A stretch of 64,000 bases of DNA from Sporichthyaceae bacterium (GCA_052386455.1 JBQTKD010000034.1:892-64891); one strand, 5' to 3'; positions 1 through 10,235 are shown, numbered from the stretch's first letter. Numbers and translations: made by a program. Notes: generated by a model not told the origin, from the letters alone.

Positions 1-18
1 TCCTCCCCTAGTCCACCC

Positions 19-112
19 GCGTTACGTCCGCTCAAACTGCGTTGCGTCCGCTCAGAAGTGGGCTATAGCGCTCCGATGAGCGGACCCAACGCAAGGCGGG
101 CGGACGCAAGGG
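19..112. repeat. Compound palindromic intergenic element. Four ~16-nt units (GCGTTrCGTCCGCTCA) lie at 20-nt spacing, two direct and two inverted, around a GCTATAGC centre
   Basis: GCGTTACGTCCGCTCA at 19-34 and GCGTTGCGTCCGCTCA at 39-54. The inverted copy TGAGCGGACCCAACGC is at 77-92 and a partial copy GCGGACGCAAG is near 100-110. The centre is GGGCTATAGCGC at 61-71. It lies immediately 3' of the last cassette gene (stop at 115-117). Confidence 0.7.
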
Positions 113-114
113 GC

Positions 115-777
115 CTAGGACAGGCAGGCGCGCAGGGTCTTCGGGCAGTCGAGGGGGCGGGCGGCGGCGATCCGTTTGCCGTTGGCCTCGACGCGGCCGA
201 GGATCGCCTCGATCTGCGCGATCTGCGCGCGCAGCGTGCGGGTGTCGGAGCCGAGGCCGTCGATGCGGCGTAGGGCGTCGGCGAGCAGGCGAGCGGAGGC
301 CCGGGCCTCCTGCTCGGCGCGGCCGAGGTTGCCGGCGATGTCGCCCGTGTCGGCGACCATGGCGACGACGACCGGAGCGAGGTCTTCGGAGAACGCCCGC
401 AGGTCGGCGGCGGTGACCGCGAGCCGGGAGAACGACTCGGCGCTGGTCCGCGTATGCCGCGAGATCTCCTCGGCCGACACCGCGGCGGCTGCGGTGGAGT
501 CCGCCGCGCTCCCCCACGCGGTGCCCAACGGCAGGAGGCCGGCGGCAAACTCCTCGGTGAGGTCGCCGGTGCGACGCAGGAGCGCCTCGACCGCCGGGTC
601 GGCGGCCGCGGAACTCAGCTCGGGTGCGATCGTGTTGTGGAGATCGGAACTGACGGACCGTGAGTCCAACCAGGTGTGCCCCAGCAGAAACGTACCGATC
701 ACGGTGAACACCGCGATCAAGCCCCGGTTCACCGCCGTGGGTCCGGCATGCACCAGCCGGTGGGCGAGATTCAGCAC
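115..777 (-). CDS. Cassette 1 type-C protein: single-pass, alanine-rich helical membrane protein with a C-terminal C-x6-C loop (function unknown)
   Basis: Lower part of ORF 115..1470(-). The GTG at 777-775 overlaps the upstream stop in GTGCTGA, the same junction as paralog 2956..3642. TM segment LIAVFTVIGTFLLG; the protein ends LDCPKTLRACLS. Confidence 0.7.
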   Translation of the reverse strand: MLNLAHRLVHAGPTAVNRGLIAVFTVIGTFLLGHTWLDSRSVSSDLHNTIAPELSSAAADPAVEALLRRTGDLTEEFAAGLLPLGTAWGSAADSTAAAAVSAEEISRHTRTSAESFSRLAVTAADLRAFSEDLAPVVVAMVADTGDIAGNLGRAEQEARASARLLADALRRIDGLGSDTRTLRAQIAQIEAILGRVEANGKRIAAARPLDCPKTLRACLS

Positions 778-1454
778 GACTGCGCGCCCCGGCGAACGGA
801 CACGGCGGGCGAGCGGCACACGTCTTCGAGGTGGTCGTTGACCTTCTCCCCCGTCTTGCCGATGTCGCCGAGGTCCCCGCGCACCGCCCGGAGCACCTCG
901 TTGATCGCCGCAAGCTTGGCGCGGATCCCGTTGAGGCCGGTGCGGTCGGTGCCCTCGATCTCGGCGAGCGCGTTGCCCATCGCCGCGGTGCGGTCGAGGA
1001 TTTGCTCGAGCAGGGCCGCGGCCTCGGTGGCGTTGGTACCGATCCGACCGATGCGCTCGCCCGCCGGCTCCAAGTCCTTGGCGGCACCCGCCAGCCGCGG
1101 CGCGGCACCGGAGAGATCCGCCTCGACGAGCTCGAGCGACACGATCGCCGCCGCGAGGTTGGCCGCGACCTTGTCGGTGTCCCTCGGCAGGATCCGCAGC
1201 GCCGCGTCCACCACGGCAAGGGAGTTGTTGATCCGCTCGAGTTGGCTCGGCATCGTCTGCGTGCGCCCGGACAGGCCACTGACGGCCACGTCGGTCGTCC
1301 GCAGGTTGTCCTCGATGCGGGTCAACGAAGCCCCGATGAGCACGAGAAACACCGTCGCCACCGCGACGACAACGCTCGCCAGCGCCATCCGCGTCCGCGA
1401 CGGCGGCCGCCGGTCCAGCGCGACGTCCGACCAGGTCTCCTCGCCGCCGTTCAC
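771..1454 (-). CDS. Cassette 1 type-B protein: single-pass, alanine-rich helical membrane protein with a C-terminal C-x13-C loop (function unknown)
   Basis: Lower part of ORF 771..2237(-). The GTG at 1454-1452 forms a GTGA overlap with the upstream stop, as in paralog 3636..4325. TM segment ALASVVVAVATVFLVLIG; the protein ends CRSPAVSVRRGAQSC. Confidence 0.72.
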   Translation of the reverse strand: MNGGEETWSDVALDRRPPSRTRMALASVVVAVATVFLVLIGASLTRIEDNLRTTDVAVSGLSGRTQTMPSQLERINNSLAVVDAALRILPRDTDKVAANLAAAIVSLELVEADLSGAAPRLAGAAKDLEPAGERIGRIGTNATEAAALLEQILDRTAAMGNALAEIEGTDRTGLNGIRAKLAAINEVLRAVRGDLGDIGKTGEKVNDHLEDVCRSPAVSVRRGAQSC

Positions 1455-2092
1455 GAGCGGCCTCGCGCACGGGGGCAGGAGCCGGAGCCGTTGAGGCCGC
1501 GGTCGATGCAACCGGTGAGGCGCTCGGTCTGACCCAGCGTCACGAGGATGTCGCGGCCCTCGGCCAAGATCCCCTCGAGGATGCGCGCGGTGGCGGGCAA
1601 CTGCGCGTCGATGAGCGCGACCCCGCGACGGATGCGCGTCAGATCGGCGAGGATCCGTGCGGCGTCGGCGTTCAGTCCGTCGAGCCGCCCGGCGAAGGCG
1701 GTGACGCCGGTGTCGAGCCCGGCGAGCCCGGCCCGGATCTCCGCGGCGCTCCGGTCGATCGACGCCGACGATCCGTCGATGGACGCGGTCCGTTCGCGGA
1801 TCGCGGCCAGCAGTTCGGCGATGCGCGCCGAGCGGGCGTCGATCTTTCCGGTGGGGCCGGACAGCGGAAGCAGCGCGGCGGCGATCGAGGCGGCGAGATC
1901 GTTGGCGCGCTCCAACTGGGCGATCGCGCCGCCCTCGCTCTCGATGCCACGCGATGACGCGGCGATGTTCGAGGTCCGGTCCTGGATCGAGGCGGTCGTG
2001 CGTTCGGCGTGCAGCAGCAACCCGACGACCGCGGACCCGGCCGCCGTCACCGCGACGACCGACAGCCAACCCGTACTCCAACCACGCCTCAT
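1451..2092 (-). CDS. Cassette 1 type-A protein: single-pass, alanine-rich helical membrane protein with a C-terminal C-x10-C loop (function unknown)
   Basis: Lower part of ORF 1451..2632(-). The ATG at 2092-2090 forms an ATGA overlap with the upstream stop. TM segment WLSVVAVTAAGSAVVGLLL; the protein ends CIDRGLNGSGSCP. It aligns without gaps to 4322..4966. Confidence 0.75.
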   Translation of the reverse strand: MRRGWSTGWLSVVAVTAAGSAVVGLLLHAERTTASIQDRTSNIAASSRGIESEGGAIAQLERANDLAASIAAALLPLSGPTGKIDARSARIAELLAAIRERTASIDGSSASIDRSAAEIRAGLAGLDTGVTAFAGRLDGLNADAARILADLTRIRRGVALIDAQLPATARILEGILAEGRDILVTLGQTERLTGCIDRGLNGSGSCPRARGRS

Positions 2093-2703
2093 CGCGTAGG
2101 AACCGTCGTCCGAAACGAAGCGACGACGGCGTCGAACACGGGCGCCAGCACGGAGAGCCGACTGTCCGGGACCGCCTGGAAGACGAGGGTGTACATCGAG
2201 GTGCCGGAGAACGCGAACCAGTGGGTGTGCACGCCACGAACGCCGCCGGCGTCGAACGTGTACAGGTACTGGACCGCGGGCAGCCCGGCCAGCGTCGTCG
2301 GAGTTGCCTCCAGGACCTCCAGCCCCACTTCGGGTGCTCCGAGCACGGCGTCGGTCACCGCTCGAAGGTCGGCGACGTTGGACGCGTCCACCGGCTTGGC
2401 CAGCGTGGTCCGCTTGACGCTCACGGCGTCCTGCCCGCCGACGCGGAACAGCACGCCACCGGGGATCGCCTCCGAACGCCAGCCGGGCGGGTACTCCAGC
2501 GCGAAGCCCGCAGCGGGATCGCGATAGCCCTGATACCCGACGGTCGTCTGGCTGGCCACCGGGGCGGCCACCGAATCGTCCACGCCGCGCGCGACCCACC
2601 AACTGCCGGCGAAGGCCAGCATTGCGGCGCACGTCGCGATCCGCTTCCGCCTACGCCGCCGCCTGCGGGCGTACGTGCCGGCGCCCACGTCCCGCGCGTC
2701 CAC
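2089..2703 (-). CDS. Cassette 1 N-terminally anchored exported alpha/beta protein, tentatively PsbP/Mog1-like (LpqN/DcrB-type fold)
   Basis: ORF 2089..2772(-). The start was trimmed to the GTG at 2703, where third-position GC rises and a GGGAAAG sequence lies upstream; the start remains uncertain. Arg-rich N-terminus followed by hydrophobic segment IATCAAMLAFAGSWWVA. The motif YRDPAAGFALEYPPGW is typical of PsbP-like domains (from memory). About 70% identical by eye to 4966..5568. Confidence 0.65.
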   Translation of the reverse strand: MDARDVGAGTYARRRRRRRKRIATCAAMLAFAGSWWVARGVDDSVAAPVASQTTVGYQGYRDPAAGFALEYPPGWRSEAIPGGVLFRVGGQDAVSVKRTTLAKPVDASNVADLRAVTDAVLGAPEVGLEVLEATPTTLAGLPAVQYLYTFDAGGVRGVHTHWFAFSGTSMYTLVFQAVPDSRLSVLAPVFDAVVASFRTTVPTR

Positions 2704-2955
2704 CCGACTTTCCCAGGTGTCCGCCCGGCGTTCCGAGGTGTCCACTCGGTCTCCCCCGCGTCCCTGCCGCAACGGGAGTTCCGGCGGCTCGACTTCGGGG
2801 GACCGTACAACGGATCAATGGGGCGACACGGGCCAAATGCAGAGACTGCCGACGCCGAATCGAGAACTCGTAGGAGGTTTGTCCAGATTCGTTCCAGAGC
2901 GCGGCAAAGTGCCTTGCTCGTAGCAGATTCCGGTATTCTGACTATCCGTCAGCAT

Positions 2956-3642
2956 CTAGCGGGCGGGTCGCGGGAAGCACGCTCGCGAGTCCGACGGGCA
3001 ATCGAGAATCTTTGCCGCCGCCACGTTTGCGCCGTGCTTCTCGATGCGCCGCAGGACGGCTTCGATCTCCTCGGCGCGGGCCCGCACGGCGGCAGCGTCG
3101 GTCGCGATCCCCTCCGTCGCCGCGACCGCGCGGTCGAGCCCACTCTTCGCCAGGGCGGTCTGCCGGTCCGCGGCGGCCAGGGTGGTGCGGATGTCCCCCA
3201 CGCCCTCGACGATCGCCTTCACCACGGGGCTCAGGTCCCCGAGCAAAGCGCGGATCGCAGACACGGACGCGTCGATGTTCGCCACGTGGATGCGGGTGCT
3301 GTCGGAGTCGTCGCGGATCCCGTTGGTCTCCTCGACCATCGTCGTGGTCGCATCCGCCGCGCGCCCCAGGCCCTCCGCGATGGGCAGCAGGCCGGTGGCG
3401 ATCCGCTCGGTCAACACGCCGGTGCGGTCCAGCAGGGCGAGCGCCTCGAGGTCGCCGTCCACCGCGCTCAACTGGGGCGTGATCGCGCCGCCGATGTCGT
3501 CGTCGATCTGCGTGGCGTCGTAGGCGGTCTTGGTCAGCAGCAGGAACGCGGCCAACGCGAAGGCGCCCACGATGGCGAGGTTGAGCGTGGGTGCGCGCCC
3601 TGCGGTCGACTCCGCCGAGAGCCACGCCCGAAGCCTCAGCAC
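2956..3642 (-). CDS. Cassette 2 type-C protein: single-pass alanine-rich helical membrane protein with a C-terminal C-x6-C loop
   Basis: ORF 2956..3642(-). GTG start in a GTGCTGA overlap with the upstream stop. TM segment LNLAIVGAFALAAFLLL; the protein ends LDCPSDSRACFP. Confidence 0.75.
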   Translation of the reverse strand: MLRLRAWLSAESTAGRAPTLNLAIVGAFALAAFLLLTKTAYDATQIDDDIGGAITPQLSAVDGDLEALALLDRTGVLTERIATGLLPIAEGLGRAADATTTMVEETNGIRDDSDSTRIHVANIDASVSAIRALLGDLSPVVKAIVEGVGDIRTTLAAADRQTALAKSGLDRAVAATEGIATDAAAVRARAEEIEAVLRRIEKHGANVAAAKILDCPSDSRACFPRPAR

Positions 3643-4325
3643 GACTGCGGCCCGCTGCGCAGCCCGACGGCCGGGGAGCGGCAGATGCTCTCCAGATGCC
3701 CGTTGATTCGGCGGTTGGTCGCGAGGATGTCGCCGAGGTCGCCGCGGACCGCGGTCAGTACCGCGTTCACCGCAGCAAGGTTCGCGCGCACGCCGGCGAG
3801 CCCCGTCTTCACCCTGCCGTCGATGGCGGCCAGCGAGTCGTGGATCGATCCGGTGTTGCCGAGGATTCGCATCAGCAGGGCGGCGGTCTCCTTGAGGTTT
3901 GCGCCGATCGGGCCGATCAGCTTCGCCGACGGCTCGAGGTTCTTCGATGCGCTGGCGAGGTTCGGCGCCGTCGCCGCGAGATCGGCCTCGATGAGCTCCA
4001 TCGCCTCGATCATCGCGGTGAGGTTCGAGGCGATCGTGTCGGTGTCCTTCGGCAGCACGCGCAGCGCGGCCTCGATGACCTCGAGGGACCGGTTCACCCG
4101 TTCGACCTGTTGCGGCAGCGGCGCGGTGCTGCCGGAGACGTTGCCGACCGCGGTGTTCGCAGCAGTCAGGTCGTCGTCGATCCGGGACAGCGAATTGCCG
4201 ATGAGGACGAGGAAAAGCGCCGTGACGACGACGATCGCCGCGCCGATCCCGACCCAGGCGGTCAGCCAGCGGCGTAGCGCGGACTCCGGCTCGGCCGCTT
4301 CGGCTTCGGAGTCGGCGAAGGTCAC
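3636..4325 (-). CDS. Cassette 2 type-B protein: single-pass alanine-rich helical membrane protein with a C-terminal C-x13-C loop
   Basis: ORF 3636..4325(-). GTG start in a GTGA overlap with the upstream stop. TM segment WVGIGAAIVVVTALFLVLIG; the protein ends CRSPAVGLRSGPQSC. Confidence 0.78.
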   Translation of the reverse strand: MTFADSEAEAAEPESALRRWLTAWVGIGAAIVVVTALFLVLIGNSLSRIDDDLTAANTAVGNVSGSTAPLPQQVERVNRSLEVIEAALRVLPKDTDTIASNLTAMIEAMELIEADLAATAPNLASASKNLEPSAKLIGPIGANLKETAALLMRILGNTGSIHDSLAAIDGRVKTGLAGVRANLAAVNAVLTAVRGDLGDILATNRRINGHLESICRSPAVGLRSGPQSC

Positions 4326-4966
4326 GACGTTCCCCTAGACGGGCAGGACGCCGAGCCGTTCAGGCCACGGTCGATGCAGCCGGCCAGCCGCTCGGTCGTG
4401 CCCAGTGCGGTGAGGATGTTCCGCGCCTCGGCGAGAATTCCGTCGAGGATCCGCGCCGTGGTCGGCAGGTCCGCGTTGATGAGCCGAACACCCCGCTGAA
4501 TGCGCGTCAGATCCCCCAGGATGAGCGCCGCGTCCGCGTTCAGGCCGCCGACGCGCGTCTGGATCGTCTTGGCGTCCAGCCCGATGCCCTCCAGACCGGT
4601 ACGGATCGTCGCGGCACTCGCATCGATGGCGGCGGCCGAATCGTCGATGGACGACGTACTCGCCCGGATCGCGGCGAGCAGATCGACGACCCGCGCCGTG
4701 CGGCCGTCGATGCGATCCACGGGACCGGCGAGGGGCTTGAGCGCTGCGGCGATCTTCGCTGCGAGCTCGTTGGTCCGCTCCAGCTCTGCCAGGGAGTCCG
4801 TGTACCCGTTGATGCCGCGCGAGGACGACGCGATGTTGGAGGTCTTGTCGTGAATCGACGCCGCGTTGCGCTCGGTCCGCACCAACAGGACCGTGGCGAC
4901 CACGGCGATCACCGCGACGACGACGACCGAGACCCGGCCCGGGATGCGGTCCGGCAGGCGGGCCAT
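4322..4966 (-). CDS. Cassette 2 type-A protein: single-pass alanine-rich helical membrane protein with a C-terminal C-x10-C loop
   Basis: Lower part of ORF 4322..5353(-). The ATG at 4966-4964 overlaps the upstream stop in TGATG. TM segment VSVVVVAVIAVVATVLLV; the protein ends CIDRGLNGSASCP. Confidence 0.78.
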   Translation of the reverse strand: MARLPDRIPGRVSVVVVAVIAVVATVLLVRTERNAASIHDKTSNIASSSRGINGYTDSLAELERTNELAAKIAAALKPLAGPVDRIDGRTARVVDLLAAIRASTSSIDDSAAAIDASAATIRTGLEGIGLDAKTIQTRVGGLNADAALILGDLTRIQRGVRLINADLPTTARILDGILAEARNILTALGTTERLAGCIDRGLNGSASCPSRGTS

Positions 4967-5568
4967 CAGGACTCCACTACGCGGAAGGACTCCGCCACGC
5001 GATCGAAGGCCGGGGCCAGCGCCGCGAATCCGGTGTCCGGCAGCGTCTGGAAGACCAGCGTGTACATCGTGCGCCCGTCGAAGGCGAACCAGTGGGTGTG
5101 CGCCCCGCGCAGCCCGGAGCTGTCGAACGTGTAGAGGTACTGCACGCCCGGCAGGCCGCCCAGGGTGGTCGGGGACGCCTGCAACACCTTCAAGCCGGCT
5201 TCGGGTGCGCCCAGCACTGCGTCGGTCACCGCGCGCAGGTCCGCCAGGTTCGTGGAGTCCACCGGCTCGGCGAGCTCGGTCCGCTTCACGCTGACGGCGT
5301 CCTGCCCGCCGACGTGGAGCAGGACTCCTCCGTCCACCGACTCGGGCCGCCACCCGGCCGGATGCGAAAACTCGAACCGGCCCGCGGGGTCCCGGTACGG
5401 CACGACCTGCTCGGTGCTCGCCGCGGCGAGCACCGGAGCGTGGGACGAGCCGCCGGCGACGCCGAGCGCCGCTCCGCCCACCAGCAGCCCAAGGGTCAGG
5501 CCGCCGGCCAGCGCAAGCCGCCGCAGGCGACGCCGCCCCAACCTGGGAGTGGGCTGCGGATCAGCCAT
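4966..5568 (-). CDS. Cassette 2 N-terminally anchored exported alpha/beta protein, tentatively PsbP/Mog1-like
   Basis: ORF 4966..5568(-). ATG start preceded by GGAAGGA. Signal/anchor segment RRLRRLALAGGLTLGLLVGGAALGVAGG. Motif YRDPAGRFEFSHPAGW. Confidence 0.78.
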   Translation of the reverse strand: MADPQPTPRLGRRRLRRLALAGGLTLGLLVGGAALGVAGGSSHAPVLAAASTEQVVPYRDPAGRFEFSHPAGWRPESVDGGVLLHVGGQDAVSVKRTELAEPVDSTNLADLRAVTDAVLGAPEAGLKVLQASPTTLGGLPGVQYLYTFDSSGLRGAHTHWFAFDGRTMYTLVFQTLPDTGFAALAPAFDRVAESFRVVES

Positions 5569-5587
5569 GGCGATCCTTCCGTTCAGC

Positions 5588-5624
5588 GGTAGCGATCGCT
5601 ACCCTGGTGGTAGTGATCGCTACC
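5588..5624. promoter_or_regulatory. Twin 16-bp palindromic operators (TetR-type) in the divergent tetR/cassette-2 promoter region
   Basis: GGTAGCGATCGCTACC at 5588-5603 is a perfect palindrome. GGTAGTGATCGCTACC at 5609-5624 has one mismatch. The two are 21 bp apart. They lie between the cassette start (5568, minus strand) and the TetR start (5643, plus strand). Confidence 0.7.
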
Positions 5625-5642
5625 CTAGCGGCGAGGTCGACC

Positions 5643-6260
5643 ATGATCAATCCGGCACCACGGGAACGACTGCTGGCCTCGGCCGGCGAGTTGTTCGGCC
5701 GCGAGGGCGTCGCCGCAGTCGGGGTCAGCCGGGTAATCGAACACGCCGAGGTCGGCCAGATGAGCCTGTGGCGCACGTTCGGCTCCAAGCGCGGTCTCGT
5801 CGAGGCGTGGCTGCGCGACGTGGACGCCGCGAACCTCGCCGAAATACGCGAGGCGGTCGCGGGCGACGCGCCCCCACGGGAGCGTCTCAACGCTCTCATC
5901 GACGCCTACGCCCGCCGAGCTGCCGCGCCGACGTTCACCGGATGTCCGCTCGTCCGCGCCGCCGCCGAACCCGGCGCCACCGGCCCGATCGCCGGCGAAC
6001 TCGCCCGAGCCCACAAGGAGGCGATGATCGGGATCATCGCCGAGCTCGCCGAGGCGGCGGGCGTGCACAACCCGCGCAGCCTGGCCGCGCAACTGTTCTA
6101 CGTCGTCGAGGGCGCGAGCGTCGCCGTCGGCCTGGGCGTGGACGTCTCCGTCGAGGAGGCGAGGACCGCGGCCCTCGTGCTGTTCGACACCGCCACGGGG
6201 CGCGGCTTCGCACCCGCACCGCCGCGGCCCGGCTGGAGCCCGCTTCCCACCGCCCGCTAA
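5643..6260 (+). CDS. TetR/AcrR-family transcriptional regulator
   Basis: ORF 5607..6260(+), trimmed to the ATG at 5643 so that the operators stay outside the CDS. The N-terminal HTH reads RERLLASAGELFGREGVAAVGVSRVIEHAEVGQMSLWRTFGSKRGLV. Confidence 0.85.
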   Translation: MINPAPRERLLASAGELFGREGVAAVGVSRVIEHAEVGQMSLWRTFGSKRGLVEAWLRDVDAANLAEIREAVAGDAPPRERLNALIDAYARRAAAPTFTGCPLVRAAAEPGATGPIAGELARAHKEAMIGIIAELAEAAGVHNPRSLAAQLFYVVEGASVAVGLGVDVSVEEARTAALVLFDTATGRGFAPAPPRPGWSPLPTAR

Positions 6261-6280
6261 GGCGTCGCCAGCGGGCACGA

Positions 6281-6355
6281 ACACTCCCGATAGTGCAGTT
6301 CAGGCTCGCTCCAGAGCCCTTTTGCGTGCCCCGACTGCACTATCGGCGAGAGTGT
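6281..6355. terminator. Long hairpin between convergent tetR and secA, possibly a bidirectional terminator or REP-like element
   Basis: Arms CGATAGTGCAGT (6288-6299) and ACTGCACTATCG (6334-6345) are perfect. Outer arms are ACACTC (6281-6286) and GAGTGT (6350-6355). The loop holds a nested GGCTC..GAGCC stem followed by CTTTTG. Confidence 0.45.
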
Positions 6356-6357
6356 GG

Positions 6358-9153
<2,796 letters not shown>

Positions 9154-9167
9154 CGCGCGTACTCCTA

Positions 9168-9189
9168 CCTGTTTGCGAGCTTGCGAGCG
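9168..9189. repeat. 22-nt exact repeat CCTGTTTGCGAGCTTGCGAGCG, copy 1, in the secA 5' leader
   Basis: Identical to 36592-36613. It contains the tandem TTGCGAGC TTGCGAGC. On the secA sense strand it abuts the Shine-Dalgarno sequence. Confidence 0.8.
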
Positions 9190-9309
9190 AACATCAGCAC
9201 TGTGAGACGGTCGGCATTGCAGAGAGAGCCAACCGCAGCATCCTAGGGTTCCAACCCGCCAAGACGACTTGACGCACCGGACTGTGATTCGAAGGGGTTG
9301 GATGGGCGG

Positions 9310-9894
9310 ATGCCGCCCGATCTGCCCGACGAGCCCATCGAGATCGCTGCGGGCAGGATCCAGCTCCGTCCCTGGGAGCACCGGCTGGCGCCCGAGCTGC
9401 TCGCCGCCTTCGCCGATCCGGAGTACCGGCGGTGGGGCCTACCCGCGCCCGAGCCGACCCTCGAAGGGGTCCACCAGTGGATCGACGGGCGCGACCGTGC
9501 GTGGCGGGCCGGGGAGCGCCTGTCGTTCGCCGTCCAGGACATCACCACCGCAGCCCTGCTCGGGGAGGTCGGGCTCAAGGGATTCGACGTCTGGCCGTCG
9601 GCGGCCGAAGTCGGGTATTGGGTCGCGCCGGCGGCCCGTCGCAGGGGGGTGGCCACCGCCGCGGTGCGCACGCTGAGCCGCTGGGCGTTCGGCGCGCTCG
9701 ACCTGCACCGCCTGCGGCTCGACCACGCCGTGGGAAACACCGCCTCCTGCGTCGTGGCGGCCCGCTGCGGGTTCGCCGTCGAGGGCATCGCTCGCTCGGC
9801 CCAGCCCCTCGGGGACGGCACCTGGTCCGACGTCGAGACGCACGCCCGCCTGGCAGCCGACCCGCCGTGCTCGATCGAGGGGGCTGCCCCGTGA
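9310..9894 (+). CDS. GNAT-family N-acetyltransferase (RimJ/RimL-like)
   Basis: ORF 9298..9894(+). The ATG at 9310 is preferred over the TTG at 9298. Acetyl-CoA site-like motif [19 protein letters not shown]. The layout is typical of the Acetyltransf_3 family. Confidence 0.85.
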   Translation: MPPDLPDEPIEIAAGRIQLRPWEHRLAPELLAAFADPEYRRWGLPAPEPTLEGVHQWIDGRDRAWRAGERLSFAVQDITTAALLGEVGLKGFDVWPSAAEVGYWVAPAARRRGVATAAVRTLSRWAFGALDLHRLRLDHAVGNTASCVVAARCGFAVEGIARSAQPLGDGTWSDVETHARLAADPPCSIEGAAP

Positions 9895-10235
9895 ACTTGA
9901 CCTTCGAGCACCACGAGGAGTCCCGGTTCAACGAGCGGGTCTTCCAGGCCCTGCTGGCCGGGCTTCGGGCCGATCCGCTGCCCGGACTGCGCCTCGTCGA
10001 CCTCTTCCGCGTGCCCGGCCCGCCGAACTCCGAGTTCGCCGTGGGCCTGGAGCTCGCCCGCGACGGACGGGAGTGGGTGGAGGAGATCGCGGTGGCCGAC
10101 TGGCCCGCCCTCCCGGACCCCTCGGCGGAGCACCAGGCGGCCGCGCTGGTCGCCACCGTGCGCGCCCGACTCGCCGAGGCGACACCCCCGGAGGACGCGG
10201 AGCGCAGCCGGTCGTGGTGGCGCCGGAGGCGCTAG
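9891..10235 (+). CDS. Hypothetical protein, translationally coupled to the GNAT gene
   Basis: Tail of ORF 9432..10235(+). The GTG at 9891 overlaps the GNAT stop as GTGA. The sequence [25 protein letters not shown] looks protein-like. No family was recognised. Confidence 0.5.
   Translation: MNLTFEHHEESRFNERVFQALLAGLRADPLPGLRLVDLFRVPGPPNSEFAVGLELARDGREWVEEIAVADWPALPDPSAEHQAAALVATVRARLAEATPPEDAERSRSWWRRRR

Noticed and set aside
58-92. tRNA-like start GGGCTATAGCGCTCCGATGAGCGGACC
   Set aside because: It has no acceptor-stem complement, T-loop (GTTCRANNC) or anticodon arm. The sequence is the centre of a larger palindromic repeat that recurs at 54.1 kb.
9154-9381. 76-codon N-terminal extension of the secA ORF
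   Set aside because: SecA proteins start close to the ..LLxKxLRxGE.. motif. The GTG at 9153 has a well-spaced AGGAG, and the extension is not protein-like.
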